This document shows, piece by piece, positions 8,788 to 18,590 of a stretch of DNA of 64,000 nt. Position numbers and translations under genes: made by a program. The stretch comes from an uncultured Alphaproteobacteria bacterium (GTDB taxonomy: Bacteria; Pseudomonadota; Alphaproteobacteria; SHVP01): contig CAZTAK010000003.1 of assembly GCA_964611585.1 (NCBI GenBank), positions 1,871-65,870 of the forward strand, read 5' to 3'. The notes below the pieces were generated by a model. It was not told where the DNA came from and did not search any database. It saw nothing but the letters and a program-made list of their open reading frames with translations. Numbering within the stretch: position 1 is the stretch's first letter; every line of letters begins with the position of its first letter.

Positions 8788-10097
8788 GGTGCGGCTGCGA
8801 TCATGTGGAAAAACGCGCCGCTGACGTGGCCGCGTCGGCTCCCCGCCGGGCCGAGGCTCTTGCCGTCGCCATCGAAAAGTTCGGCCATGGGTTCGTCCCC
8901 TCTTTCGCCGCTGATCGTAGCGTAGTGAAATTCGTGGCCGCGCACGGTCGATCCCGCCCGGCCGAGGGGGCCGTCCTCAATGAGGTGTGCGGCGCGGTAG
9001 CCGAGGTGAAGTTTCCGCTCGGCGAAACTGGTGTCGTGTTCCAGCAGTCCCGCCATTTCGTGGCGCGTGCCATCGGCGTCCGTAAGTCCTTGGCCCAGAA
9101 CCATAAATCCGCCACATTCCCCGTGAACGGGGTGCGCTTCGGTAAAGGCCGCGAGGCCGCGCATGAACGTTCGTGCTGCTGCGAGTTTGCCGGCGTGAAG
9201 CTCCGGGTAGCCGCCCGGCAGCCAGCACACGTCGCAATTCTCCGGTGGGGCTTCGTCGCCAAGTGGCGAGAACGGCACGATCTCGGCGCCCGCGCGCCGC
9301 CAGCCTTCGGCGAGGTGCGGATAGACGAACGAAAACGCCGCGTCGTCGGCGAGCGCAATCCGTTGCGCCGGCGGCGTGATCGCCGCAACCTCCGGAACCG
9401 CCGTATCGTGCCGGGCGGCGGCGCGAATCACCTCATCGAGATTGCACGATGTTTCGACAATCGCAGCGAGGGCGTCAAGGCGCGCATCCAGTCCGCCGAT
9501 CTCGCCGGCTTGCACCAGGCCGAGGTGGCGCTCGGGAAGTTCGATCGATCCGTCGCGCCTGATTGCGCCCAGCACCGGCATTGAGGCCGCCGCGAGCGCC
9601 TGCCGGACCAGCCGTTCGTGGCGCTCGCTCGCCACCTTGTTGAGGATCGTGCCGGCGATGGTCAGGTCGCTTCGCAATCGTGCGCATCCGAGGGCGACCG
9701 CCGCCGCCGATTGCGCCTGCCCCGAGACGTCGAGCACCAATATCACCGGCCACCCGATCAGCGCGGCGATGTCGGCGGTGGCGCCGGTGCCGGACGCGCC
9801 CGGTGTGCCGGCGCCGTCGAACAACCCCATCGAGCCCTCGGCAATGGCGAGGTCCGCGGATTCGGCGCGGCCGGCCAAAGTGCCTATCATGCCTTCGGGC
9901 ATCGCCCAGGTATCGAGATTGAAACTTTTCCGTCCCGCGGCGCGGCGGTGAAACACCGGGTCGATGTAGTCGGGGCCGTTCTTGAACGGTTGAACGGCGA
10001 TGCCCCGGTTGGAATACGCGCGCATCAAACCGAGCGCTACTGTCGTCTTGCCTGCGCCCGAACGCGGCGCCGCAACGATCAATCCGGGTACGGTCAC
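8784..10097 (-). CDS. cobB: cobyrinic acid a,c-diamide synthase
   Basis: GTG start (VTVPGLIVAAPRSGAGKTT) overlapping the cobA stop. C-terminal glutamine amidotransferase domain. The ORF continues upstream only as open GC-rich frame. Confidence 0.85.
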   Translation of the reverse strand: MTVPGLIVAAPRSGAGKTTVALGLMRAYSNRGIAVQPFKNGPDYIDPVFHRRAAGRKSFNLDTWAMPEGMIGTLAGRAESADLAIAEGSMGLFDGAGTPGASGTGATADIAALIGWPVILVLDVSGQAQSAAAVALGCARLRSDLTIAGTILNKVASERHERLVRQALAAASMPVLGAIRRDGSIELPERHLGLVQAGEIGGLDARLDALAAIVETSCNLDEVIRAAARHDTAVPEVAAITPPAQRIALADDAAFSFVYPHLAEGWRRAGAEIVPFSPLGDEAPPENCDVCWLPGGYPELHAGKLAAARTFMRGLAAFTEAHPVHGECGGFMVLGQGLTDADGTRHEMAGLLEHDTSFAERKLHLGYRAAHLIEDGPLGRAGSTVRGHEFHYATISGERGDEPMAELFDGDGKSLGPAGSRRGHVSGAFFHMIAAAP

Positions 10098-10906
10098 GAT
10101 GCGGCCTTCACGAGATTCGAAAGTGCGGCATCCAGTTCGGCGCGTTGTGCCACGATGTCGCCAATCACGACGAGGGCGGGCGGCACGATGCCCGCGCGCC
10201 GGATGGCGTCTTCGATGCCGCCGAGGGTCGAGATGCAAACCTTCTGGTCGGGGGTTGTGGCCGAGGCAATCGCCGCCGCGGGCGTCGTGCGGCTGAGACC
10301 GCCCTCGATCAGGCGCGCGGCAATCGCGCCGATGGTGCGGATTGCCATAAACAGCACGATGGGCTGGCCGAGGCGGGCGAGCGCCGCCCAGTCGAACGCG
10401 GCATCGCTGCCCGCGCCATGGCCCGTCACCAGCACCAGCGCCTGGTTGACGCCGCGCATCGTCGCCGGGATCGAGGCAGCGCTGAGGCCCGCGAGTCCCG
10501 CCGTCACGCCGGGAAGGACCCGGAAGGGGATTTGCGCCCGCGCCAGCGCCAGCACCTCCTCGCCGCCGCGCCCGAAGACGTAAGGATCGCCGCCCTTGAG
10601 ACGCAGCACGCGCTCGCCGGAGCGCGCCCGCGCGATCAGGGTTTCGGTGATGTCGCCCTGATGGGCCGAAGGTTTGCCGCCGCGCTTTCCGGCGGGGATC
10701 AGCGTTGCGTGCGTGCCCGCCAGTGCCAGCACGCCCGCGCTCACCAGCGCATCGTGCACCACCGAGTCCGCCGTGCCGAGCGCCGCCGCGGCCTCTACCG
10801 TCAGCAGCCCGGGATCGCCCGGACCGGCGCCGGCAATCCATACCTTGCCTGGCAGGAACGGGGGCAAGGCGTCGAACAGCCGCGAAAGTGCATCCTGGCG
10901 GCTCAT
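10094..10906 (-). CDS. cobA: uroporphyrinogen-III C-methyltransferase (SUMT)
   Basis: 270 aa with the SAM-methyltransferase motifs GAGPGDPGLLT and GGDPYVFGRGGEE. Confidence 0.9.
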   Translation of the reverse strand: MSRQDALSRLFDALPPFLPGKVWIAGAGPGDPGLLTVEAAAALGTADSVVHDALVSAGVLALAGTHATLIPAGKRGGKPSAHQGDITETLIARARSGERVLRLKGGDPYVFGRGGEEVLALARAQIPFRVLPGVTAGLAGLSAASIPATMRGVNQALVLVTGHGAGSDAAFDWAALARLGQPIVLFMAIRTIGAIAARLIEGGLSRTTPAAAIASATTPDQKVCISTLGGIEDAIRRAGIVPPALVVIGDIVAQRAELDAALSNLVKAAS

Positions 10907-10959
10907 GGGCGCCCCGTCCTACCGTGACACGAACGGATTGCGGGGCTATACCGCGCCCC

Positions 10960-12036
10960 ATGAAGGGTCCGTCTCATCTTCGCCGCGGCTGGACCACGGG
11001 CGCCTGCGCCGCGGCCGCCGCCAAGGCGGCATGGCAGGCGTTGCTGACAGGGGAATTTCCCGATCCGGTCGAAATCCGCTTGCCGGGTGGGCAGACGCCC
11101 GCGTTTTCGCTCGCCAGACAGTCCCTCGAAAACGGCGCCGCTATTGCGGCAATCGTCAAGGATGCGGGCGACGATCCCGATGTAACCCACGGCGCACTGG
11201 TTCAGGTTTCGGTGTCGCGCGGGCCTCCGGGATCGGGGGTTGCGTTCCGGGCCGGGCGCGGCGTCGGCACCGTCACCCGGCCGGGTTTGCCGCTGCCGCC
11301 GGGCGAACCCGCGATCAATCCCGCGCCGCGCAAGATGATTGCGGCCGAGATCGAGGCCGCGGCCGCGGCCTGCGGCGAGACCGGCGATGCCGTCGTCGAA
11401 GTTTCGATTCCCGGCGGCGAAGAGATCGCGAAGAAGACCCTCAACCCCCGGCTCGGCATTGTCGGCGGACTTTCGATCCTCGGCACCACCGGCGTCGTCG
11501 TCCCTTATTCGTGCGCGGCGTGGATCAGCGGCATCCATCAGGGCATCGACGTGGCCCGCGCCGAGGGGCTTATGCATATTGCGGGCGCGACCGGCTCCAC
11601 CTCCGAGGCGGCGGTGGCGGCACTTTACGATTTGCCGGAGATCGCGCTGATCGACATGGGGGATTTCGCCGGCGGGATGCTGAAGTACCTGCGCCAGCAT
11701 CCGGTACCGCGCCTCACCGTTGCGGGGGGCTTTGCCAAAATGACAAAACTCGGCCAGGGGCTGCTCGACCTTCATTCCAAACGGGGCTCGGTCGATCTTG
11801 GCTGGCTCGCGGACTGTGCGCGCGACTCCGGCGCCGGCGAAGAAACCGCCGCGAAGGTACGCGCCGCCAACACCGGTCTCGAGGCGCTGACGATCTGCCG
11901 CGCCAGCGGTATCCCCATCGCCGGCGCGGTCGCGCGCCGATCCCTTGTCACCGTGGAGGCGGTCCTCGAGGGGTCCGGGATCGCGGTCGAAGTCATTGTA
12001 TTCGATCGGGAGGGGCATCTAGTCGGGCGTTCCTGA
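10960..12036 (+). CDS. cbiD: cobalt-precorrin-5B (C1)-methyltransferase CbiD homologue
   Basis: ATG at 10960 ([24 protein letters not shown]). 358 aa. It is a lone plus-strand gene inside a minus-strand run, and its 3' end overlaps cobM by 18 bp. Confidence 0.85.
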   Translation: MKGPSHLRRGWTTGACAAAAAKAAWQALLTGEFPDPVEIRLPGGQTPAFSLARQSLENGAAIAAIVKDAGDDPDVTHGALVQVSVSRGPPGSGVAFRAGRGVGTVTRPGLPLPPGEPAINPAPRKMIAAEIEAAAAACGETGDAVVEVSIPGGEEIAKKTLNPRLGIVGGLSILGTTGVVVPYSCAAWISGIHQGIDVARAEGLMHIAGATGSTSEAAVAALYDLPEIALIDMGDFAGGMLKYLRQHPVPRLTVAGGFAKMTKLGQGLLDLHSKRGSVDLGWLADCARDSGAGEETAAKVRAANTGLEALTICRASGIPIAGAVARRSLVTVEAVLEGSGIAVEVIVFDREGHLVGRS

Positions 12037-12801
12037 ACCCTGGGTGCCGCGGGAACGGAATCGGCGCTGGTAGGCGGCGTCATAGAGCGCGCTGTCGCGA
12101 AAATCTTCAGAAGCCAGCACCGGCCCGACAAGAACAAGAGCCGTGCGTTCGATGCCGGCGGCGGCGGTGTCCGCTGCAATCGTCGCCAGCGTCCCGCGCA
12201 CGATCTTCTGGTCGGGCCAGCTCGCGCGATACACCACCGCTGCCGGGCACGCGCTGCCATAGTGGGGAACGAGCTGTTCGACCGCTTGCGCCAGAACGTG
12301 CACCGAAAGATGCAGCGCAATCGTCGCGCCGGTCCGCGCGAATGCGTCGAGCGTCTCTCCCGGCGGCATGGCCGAGGCGCGCCCTGGCGTGCGCGTCAGC
12401 ACCACCGATTGCGCCACTTCCGGAAGTGTTAGTTCATGTGCGATCGCGGCCGAAGCGGCCGCAAAGGACGGCACGCCCGGCGTCACCGTGTAGGGAATTT
12501 CGAGTGCGGCGAGGCGGCGAAGCTGTTCGCCCATCGCGCTCCAGATCGACAGATCGCCCGATTGCAGGCGCGCCACGTCCAAGCCCGCCTCGTGTGCCGT
12601 CCGTATCTCAAAAATGATCTCGTCGAGGCTCATCGGCGCCGTATCGATTTTGCGCGCACCTTCCGGGCAGTGGCTCAGAATATCCGGGTGGACCAGCGAA
12701 CCGGCATAGAGGCACACCGGGCACGCCGCAAGGCGGTCGCGCCCGCGCAACGTCAGCAGGTCGGCCGCACCCGGGCCCGCGCCGATGAAATGGACCGTCA
12801 T
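12019..12801 (-). CDS. cobM: precorrin-4 C11-methyltransferase
   Basis: Start [17 protein letters not shown]. 260 aa. Confidence 0.9.
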   Translation of the reverse strand: MTVHFIGAGPGAADLLTLRGRDRLAACPVCLYAGSLVHPDILSHCPEGARKIDTAPMSLDEIIFEIRTAHEAGLDVARLQSGDLSIWSAMGEQLRRLAALEIPYTVTPGVPSFAAASAAIAHELTLPEVAQSVVLTRTPGRASAMPPGETLDAFARTGATIALHLSVHVLAQAVEQLVPHYGSACPAAVVYRASWPDQKIVRGTLATIAADTAAAGIERTALVLVGPVLASEDFRDSALYDAAYQRRFRSRGTQGSGTPD

Positions 12802-13199
12802 TGCCCGCCTCCGTTTCTGACGGCAAGAGCACATGTTGCGGACGCACCCTTGATGCGGGGAGCCAGCAGACGGCTGCCGGGACCGGCGGCGGCAAGGGCC
12901 GCGCATTCGGCGACCGAAGGAAGGCCGCGTTCGCGCAGCGAAATTTCAGATTGCGTTTGGCACCGGGGCGCGGCGTCGGCAAGCGCAGGTTCGTCGATGG
13001 CCGTAAGCGTTACGCCGAAGGTATCGGCGGCGGCGGTCGCGGCCTCATGTCCGGTCTTGAAGGCGGGAACGGCCAGCGCGCAAAGCCTCGAATCGTCAAG
13101 ACCCGCCCGCGCCATCGACGCCCGGACCAGGTCCGCGATTTCGCCCTCCGTGGCGCCCGACCGGAAACCGATACCGGCATAGACGGGTCCCGCGCTCAT
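12798..13199 (-). CDS. cobE: cobalamin biosynthesis protein CobE (CbiG C-terminal-domain-like)
   Basis: 133 aa starting [25 protein letters not shown] overlap with cobL. Confidence 0.7.
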   Translation of the reverse strand: MSAGPVYAGIGFRSGATEGEIADLVRASMARAGLDDSRLCALAVPAFKTGHEAATAAADTFGVTLTAIDEPALADAAPRCQTQSEISLRERGLPSVAECAALAAAGPGSRLLAPRIKGASATCALAVRNGGGQ

Positions 13200-14431
13200 G
13201 GCTTCAACGCCGTCCACTGCGTCACCGTGAGCGCCGGACGGAACCCGTGCAGCGAGCCGATTGCATCCTGGCGTTCGATCGAGAGGCGGCCAAGTGAGCC
13301 GCCTTTTGCCTGCATCGCCTCGATCAGGCGCGACTCGGTTTCGATGGTGACTCCGTTCGCGACCATGCGTCCGCCGGTTTTCAGGGCATCCCACGCGCCG
13401 TCGAGGACGCCTTCGGTCCTTGCGCCGCCGCCGATGAACACGGCATCCGGTGGGTGCGCGCCCTCAAACGCGCCTGGCGCGGCACCTTGGACGATTTCGA
13501 GACCCGGGACACCCAGATTGGCTGCGTTTCGGGCCGCACGCGCGGCCCTCGCGGGATCGGATTCGAACCCGATTGCGCGGTTGGCCGGGTGCGCGAGCAG
13601 CCATTCAATCGCCACCGAACCGGCGCCGCAGCCGACGTCCCACAACCGCTCGCCCGCGCGCGGGGCCAGTGCCGACAGCGTTACCGCGCGGATCTCGCGT
13701 TTGGTGAGTTGGCCGTCGTGCTCGAACAGATCGTCGGCGAGCCCGGCCGTGCGCGGAACAACTAGCGCGTCGCTGGCCGCCACCACCTCGATCCCGAGCA
13801 GATTGAGGGCGCCGATGTCGTTGAAGGCAAAACCGCCGGCGCTCGCCGTCCGTATCCGTTCGCGTGGACCGCCGAGGTATTCCATAAGATGAACCGTCGA
13901 TGCGCCGAAACCGCGCGCGCACAGATAGGCGCAGACTTGAAGCGGCGTCCCGGCATCGGCGGAAAGGACCAAAAGCCTTGCCTCCGGTTGCAGGTGCGGC
14001 GCCAGCGTTTCGATCGGCCGCCCGCACAAAGTTACCTGGCCGGTATCGGGGAGCGACCAGCAGAATTTCGAGGCGGCGAGCGAAAACGCCGACGGCGCCG
14101 GGATCGAGACGATTTCGGCAGCCGGCACATGGCGCGCCATCGTTCTGCCGGCGCCGTAGCAGAAGGGATCGCCCGAGGCGAGCACCGCCACCGGCCGGCC
14201 CCGGCGCGCCAGGATACCGGGCATGGCCTCGGTCATCGGGCTTGGCCACGTGACGGCCTCGCCGCGAATAAGTTGGCGCGCGTACTCAAGGTGGCGCGCG
14301 CCGCCATACACAGCCTCGGCACTGGAAATTAGGGCGCGCGCTGCGCCCGAGAGCCCCTCGACACCGTCCTCGCCAATCCCGAGAATGGCGAGCCAGGGGT
14401 GGGCGCGTTCAATGTCGCTTGCCGCTGTCAT
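13196..14431 (-). CDS. cobL: precorrin-6Y C5,15-methyltransferase (decarboxylating), fused CbiE/CbiT
   Basis: Start MTAASDIERAHPWLAILGIGEDG. Second SAM methyltransferase domain motif DVGCGAGS. Confidence 0.85.
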   Translation of the reverse strand: MTAASDIERAHPWLAILGIGEDGVEGLSGAARALISSAEAVYGGARHLEYARQLIRGEAVTWPSPMTEAMPGILARRGRPVAVLASGDPFCYGAGRTMARHVPAAEIVSIPAPSAFSLAASKFCWSLPDTGQVTLCGRPIETLAPHLQPEARLLVLSADAGTPLQVCAYLCARGFGASTVHLMEYLGGPRERIRTASAGGFAFNDIGALNLLGIEVVAASDALVVPRTAGLADDLFEHDGQLTKREIRAVTLSALAPRAGERLWDVGCGAGSVAIEWLLAHPANRAIGFESDPARAARAARNAANLGVPGLEIVQGAAPGAFEGAHPPDAVFIGGGARTEGVLDGAWDALKTGGRMVANGVTIETESRLIEAMQAKGGSLGRLSIERQDAIGSLHGFRPALTVTQWTALKP

Positions 14432-14454
14432 TTCTTTCCGGAGCCTTTGTGCCA

Positions 14455-15240
14455 ATGGAACCGCTGCGCGTCTTGATTCTGGGCGGAAGTACCGAGGCGA
14501 GTGCTCTTTCGCGTCTGGTGGCGGGAGACTCGCGGTTCCGCGCGACCCTCTCGCTTGCGGGGCGGACAAAATCCCCGGCGACCCCGCCGGTCCCCTTTCG
14601 TGTCGGCGGGTTCGGCGGCGTGGCGGGGCTTGAAAAAGTAGTCATCGAATCCGGATGTGACGCCCTGATCGACGCGACCCATCCGTTCGCCGCGCAAATG
14701 TCGGCCCATGCGGCCGAGGCCGCGCGCCGGACCGGAATCGCTTTTCTCGCCGTCCGCCGCCCGCCGTGGCAGGCTGGACCCGGCGACCGCTGGACCGAAG
14801 TGCCGGACATGGCCGCGGCCGCGCGCGCGCTCGGCGAAACGCTGAGGCGGGTGTTCCTCACTGTAGGCCGGAAAGATCTGGCCCCGTTCAAATCCGAACC
14901 GCATTTCTTCCTGATTCGCAGCATCGATCGGTCGCCGCCCGAGGCGCTGCCGCCCGAGGCCGAGGTGCTGACCGCGCGCGGGCCCTTCGTCTTGGAGGAC
15001 GAGCACGCACTGCTGCTGCACCATGCCATCGAAATAATCGTGACCAAGAATTCCGGGGGAACCGCGACCCGCGCCAAACTGGATGCGGCGCGCGAGCTTC
15101 GCTTGCCGGTCGTCATGGTGGCGCGCCCCGAATTGCCCGAGGCGCCGTCCGTGCCCGACGCCGAAGCTGCGTTCCGCTGGCTGGCGGACTTGACCGACGG
15201 GGGTCACGAAACCGTCTCCCCGGCGCGGCGCGGCGTATAG
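14455..15240 (+). CDS. cobK: precorrin-6A reductase
   Basis: MEPLRVLILGGSTEA N-terminus. Its start lies only 23 bp from the divergent cobL start. Its 3' end overlaps cobJ by 37 bp. Confidence 0.8.
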   Translation: MEPLRVLILGGSTEASALSRLVAGDSRFRATLSLAGRTKSPATPPVPFRVGGFGGVAGLEKVVIESGCDALIDATHPFAAQMSAHAAEAARRTGIAFLAVRRPPWQAGPGDRWTEVPDMAAAARALGETLRRVFLTVGRKDLAPFKSEPHFFLIRSIDRSPPEALPPEAEVLTARGPFVLEDEHALLLHHAIEIIVTKNSGGTATRAKLDAARELRLPVVMVARPELPEAPSVPDAEAAFRWLADLTDGGHETVSPARRGV

Positions 15241-15971
15241 ACCCACGGCCGGGTTTCACCCGCAACAATACGGGTCGCCTCCGAGCCGACAATAACCAGC
15301 GTCCGCATATCGGCGGCGGCATCTTTTGCATCGCTAAGCGTGCGGATTTCAATTCGTTCCTCTGGCCGGGTGACAGCGGTCGCAAACACAACAGGCGTCT
15401 CGGGCGCAAGATGGGTCTGCAATGTCTTCAGCGCTTCGCCGAGCTGCCACGGGCGCGCTTTCGAGACCGGATTGTAGAGCGCGATCACAAATCCGGCCTT
15501 CGCCGCCGCTTCGAGACGGCGCACCACCACCGGCCAGGGTTTGAGGTTGTCGGAAAGCGAAATGGCGCAGAAATCGTGGCCGAGCGGTGCGCCGACGCGC
15601 GCCGCCGCCGCCAGCATTGCCGAAACTCCCGGCACGATTTCAATGTCGATGGCGCCCGGGTCCGGTATTTCTTCGAGCGCCTCGAACACGGTGCTCGCCA
15701 TCGCGAACACGCCCGCATCCCCCGACGAGACGGCGGCGACGGTCCGGCCATCGCGCACCAGTGAAAGCGCGTGCCGCGCGCGGGCCAATTCTTCGCGGTT
15801 GTCCGAGGCGTGCCGCGTCTGGCGCTTGCGTTCCGGGATGCGGGCGAGGTAGGGGGCGTAGCCAACGATATCGGTGGCGCGCGCGAGCGCATCGGCGGCT
15901 TGCGGCGTAATGGCCTCGGCCGCCCCGGGACCAAGGCCGACCACAAAGAGTTTGCCAGGCCGGTCGGTCAT
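15204..15971 (-). CDS. cobJ: precorrin-3B C17-methyltransferase
   Basis: 255 aa starting KLFVVGLGPGAAEAIT. Confidence 0.9.
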   Translation of the reverse strand: MTDRPGKLFVVGLGPGAAEAITPQAADALARATDIVGYAPYLARIPERKRQTRHASDNREELARARHALSLVRDGRTVAAVSSGDAGVFAMASTVFEALEEIPDPGAIDIEIVPGVSAMLAAAARVGAPLGHDFCAISLSDNLKPWPVVVRRLEAAAKAGFVIALYNPVSKARPWQLGEALKTLQTHLAPETPVVFATAVTRPEERIEIRTLSDAKDAAADMRTLVIVGSEATRIVAGETRPWVYTPRRAGETVS

Positions 15972-16702
15972 GCCGGAGGCCGTGTCCCGGGCACCAGAAT
16001 CAGGGAAAAATAGGGCGCGGGCGTTTCGGTCATCTCGCCGAGGGGCTGGACACGCGCGCCCGCCTGGGTGCCGCGTTCGACGTACAGCGCGCGCTCGGCG
16101 GCGCCCGCACGGGCAAGGGCGTTACGGATCTTGGGAAGATTCCGGCCCACTTTCATAATGACGGCGGCGTCGGTGGCGGCGAGCCGTTGGGCGAGGGCGT
16201 TCTCGTCCAGCGTCCCCGGCAGAACCGTCAGCACATCGTTGCCGCGTGTCATCGGCGTTTGCGCCTCCGACCAGCACCCGCCCATGCTGGTGATGCCGGG
16301 AACGATCACCGTATTTGCGTTCCTTAGCCGGTCGTAAATGTGGATGAACGATCCGTAGAGAAAGGGATCGCCTTCGCACAGCACCGCAACATCCTGGCCC
16401 TGGCGCAGGTTGATATCGAGTTCGCGCGCCGTCTTGTCGTAGAACGTATCCAGTACCGCGCGGTATTCGGGATCGCCGGCGTTCCGTTCGGTCGTCAAAG
16501 GATATTCGAACCGCAGCACGTCTGCGTCCGGATTGAAATGATCACCGGCGATCCGGCGGGCGTGGCCGGGGCGGCCCCGCTTGGCAAAATAGGCAATGAC
16601 CGGGGCGGCGGCGAGAATGCGCACGGCCTTCAGGGTCAATAGCTCGGGATCACCCGGGCCGACGCCGACACCATAAAGGGTTCCTGGTTGGGGTGCGCTC
16701 AT
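15968..16702 (-). CDS. cobI: precorrin-2 C20-methyltransferase
   Basis: 244 aa starting GTLYGVGVGPGDPELLT. ATGA overlap with cobJ. Confidence 0.9.
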   Translation of the reverse strand: MSAPQPGTLYGVGVGPGDPELLTLKAVRILAAAPVIAYFAKRGRPGHARRIAGDHFNPDADVLRFEYPLTTERNAGDPEYRAVLDTFYDKTARELDINLRQGQDVAVLCEGDPFLYGSFIHIYDRLRNANTVIVPGITSMGGCWSEAQTPMTRGNDVLTVLPGTLDENALAQRLAATDAAVIMKVGRNLPKIRNALARAGAAERALYVERGTQAGARVQPLGEMTETPAPYFSLILVPGTRPPA

Positions 16703-17331
16703 TCGGCCTCGCTTGCGAGCGCGTTGACGGCGGCCACCGCCATCGAGCTTCCGCCCTTGCGGCCCCGGACGATCACGAAGGGAACGCGCCCGTCCGCGGC
16801 GAGCGCGTCTTTGGATTCGGCAGCGCCGACGAAGCCCACCGGCATTCCGATCACCGCCGCCGGATGGGGCGCACCCGCGTCCAGCAGTTCGAGCAGATGA
16901 TAGAGCGCCGTCGGCGCGTTACCGATGGCGACCACGGCGCCGTTCAACCGTTCGCCCCAAAGGTCGAGCGCGCTAGCGGTTCGGGTGTTGCCGGATTCCT
17001 TGGCAAGCGCGGGCACGGCCGGGTCGCGGAGGGTGCAGACGATGTCGTTTCCGGCCGGGAGGCGCGCCACGGTGATTCCGTTTGCCACCATTTTCGAATC
17101 GCACAGGATCGGCGCACCGCTCACCAGGGCCTTGCGCGCCGCGTCGGCAAATCCGGGCGAGAACACCAGATCGCGGGCAATCTCGACCATGCCGCAGGCG
17201 TGAATGATTCGAACGGCGACGCGCGCCTCGTCCACGTCGAATCGTTCGAGATCCGCTTCAGCGCGGATTGTGGCAAAGGATTTGGCGTAAATCGCGGCGC
17301 CGTCGCGGAGGTATTCGTAACCCGAAGTCAT
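16699..17331 (-). CDS. cobH: precorrin-8X methylmutase
   Basis: 210 aa from MTSGYEYLRDGAAIY. The ORF-track 5' extension is non-coding open frame. Confidence 0.9.
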   Translation of the reverse strand: MTSGYEYLRDGAAIYAKSFATIRAEADLERFDVDEARVAVRIIHACGMVEIARDLVFSPGFADAARKALVSGAPILCDSKMVANGITVARLPAGNDIVCTLRDPAVPALAKESGNTRTASALDLWGERLNGAVVAIGNAPTALYHLLELLDAGAPHPAAVIGMPVGFVGAAESKDALAADGRVPFVIVRGRKGGSSMAVAAVNALASEAE

Positions 17332-18590
17332 TGCGGGACCTTCAGGAATCCAGATTCGACGCCGTCGATCACATCGCCAATCGAAAGGCCCCGGATCGCC
17401 GGTGAATCGGTCGTGGCGCCGCCCAGAATGACGTCGTATCCGGCGACCGTCCCCAGCAACGTGAGGTTCGCAGCGCCAGCGTAGGCGCAACCCTTTGCGC
17501 AGCCCGAAATGTGTACGGCGGCGGGGAGGGGTGCTGCTGCTTCGGCGAAGCGGGCCGCATCGGCACGGGAATCGACGGCGCCAGACGCGCACGCCGTTCC
17601 CGGGCAGGCCGCGATTGCCAGCCGGTGGTCGTCCGCGCTCGCAACCGCGCCGATGGCTGCCGCAGCGTGGGCGAGATCGTCGGCCCGGCCGCCGGCGACC
17701 CCGCCAATCGCGAAGGCCCGCCACGGTGTCGTCCGCAGGACGCCGTTGCCGTACTGTTCGGCCAGACCGGCGCATTGCGCGAGGAACTCGCCGTCCGACT
17801 GCCCGAAGGGCACGCCGATCAGGAATGCACCGGACCTTGAGTTGCTGACGGGGACGAACCCTGCGCGCGGCGGCGGTGGCGGGCCCAAAGGTTCTGCTTC
17901 GGCCTCGGCCGATACGCCAGCGGTGCCGAAAACCGCGGCCTCGCCAAACGTCGCCACCAGCATTCTCATCCGCCGTGGCGGCTCACGCTCGCCGGCGCCG
18001 AGGTCGAGGAAGGCGAGCACGATGGCTTTCGTCACCGCCGCGATTTCGTCTTGGGTGCAGCGGACCGCGTTGCGGCCGCCGGCAATCGAGATTTCCGCAC
18101 CCCCGTCCACGCCTCGCACCATGACATCGGCAGTTGTTCCGGATAGCGGCAGGACGCCGCCGCCATCGACCAGGAAGCGGAACTTGGGCGGCAGTTCGGC
18201 GAAACGGCGGTCGGTCCGCAGCAGGACGCCGAGGCTCTTGCCCACCGCAATTGAATCGAAGGCGGCCGAAGAATCGTCGGCCCCAAGCGGGCTCACCAAA
18301 ATGTTGCGGCGGCGCTCGATCTCCGGTTCTGTGTCGGCGAGCCCAAGCGCGCAGGCTTCTTCGGCGAAGGCCGCGACGCCCTCGGGCGTGAACCCGCGAA
18401 ACTGAATATTGGCGCGGTTGCTGATCTGGAATTCACCGTTGCCGTGGCGTTGGCTGGCCGCTGCCAGTGCGCGCGCCTGGTCCGCGGCGATCCGGGCGCC
18501 GAACGGCTTGACCCGGACGAGTAGGCCGTCGCTCGCTTCCATCGGGCGGTAGAGGTCCGGGGCCCAGCCCTTGTAGCCCGGTAGCGTCAT
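17328..18590 (-). CDS. cobG: precorrin-3B synthase (O2-dependent; sulfite/nitrite-reductase-like)
   Basis: 420 aa from MTLPGYKGWAPDLYRP. A cysteine-rich Fe-S/sirohaem-like motif sits near the C-terminus. It is the marker of the aerobic route. Confidence 0.8.
   Translation of the reverse strand: MTLPGYKGWAPDLYRPMEASDGLLVRVKPFGARIAADQARALAAASQRHGNGEFQISNRANIQFRGFTPEGVAAFAEEACALGLADTEPEIERRRNILVSPLGADDSSAAFDSIAVGKSLGVLLRTDRRFAELPPKFRFLVDGGGVLPLSGTTADVMVRGVDGGAEISIAGGRNAVRCTQDEIAAVTKAIVLAFLDLGAGEREPPRRMRMLVATFGEAAVFGTAGVSAEAEAEPLGPPPPPRAGFVPVSNSRSGAFLIGVPFGQSDGEFLAQCAGLAEQYGNGVLRTTPWRAFAIGGVAGGRADDLAHAAAAIGAVASADDHRLAIAACPGTACASGAVDSRADAARFAEAAAPLPAAVHISGCAKGCAYAGAANLTLLGTVAGYDVILGGATTDSPAIRGLSIGDVIDGVESGFLKVPQ

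Noticed and set aside
7804-8925. Long antisense ORFs throughout the cob cluster and elsewhere (for example 7804..8925, 8805..9584, 10674..12617, 18587-region plus frames, 33732..35648, 53442..54575)
   Set aside because: These are typical high-GC shadow frames opposite well-supported genes. Their products are Arg/Pro/Ala-rich low-complexity sequences with no family resemblance.
10081-10100. Apparent 1-nt disagreement between my manual position counting and the ORF-track coordinates around 10080..10097
   Set aside because: Codon-by-codon reconstruction from ORF-track coordinates is self-consistent (GTGA overlap of cobB start and cobA stop). The discrepancy is my counting error, not a frameshift.
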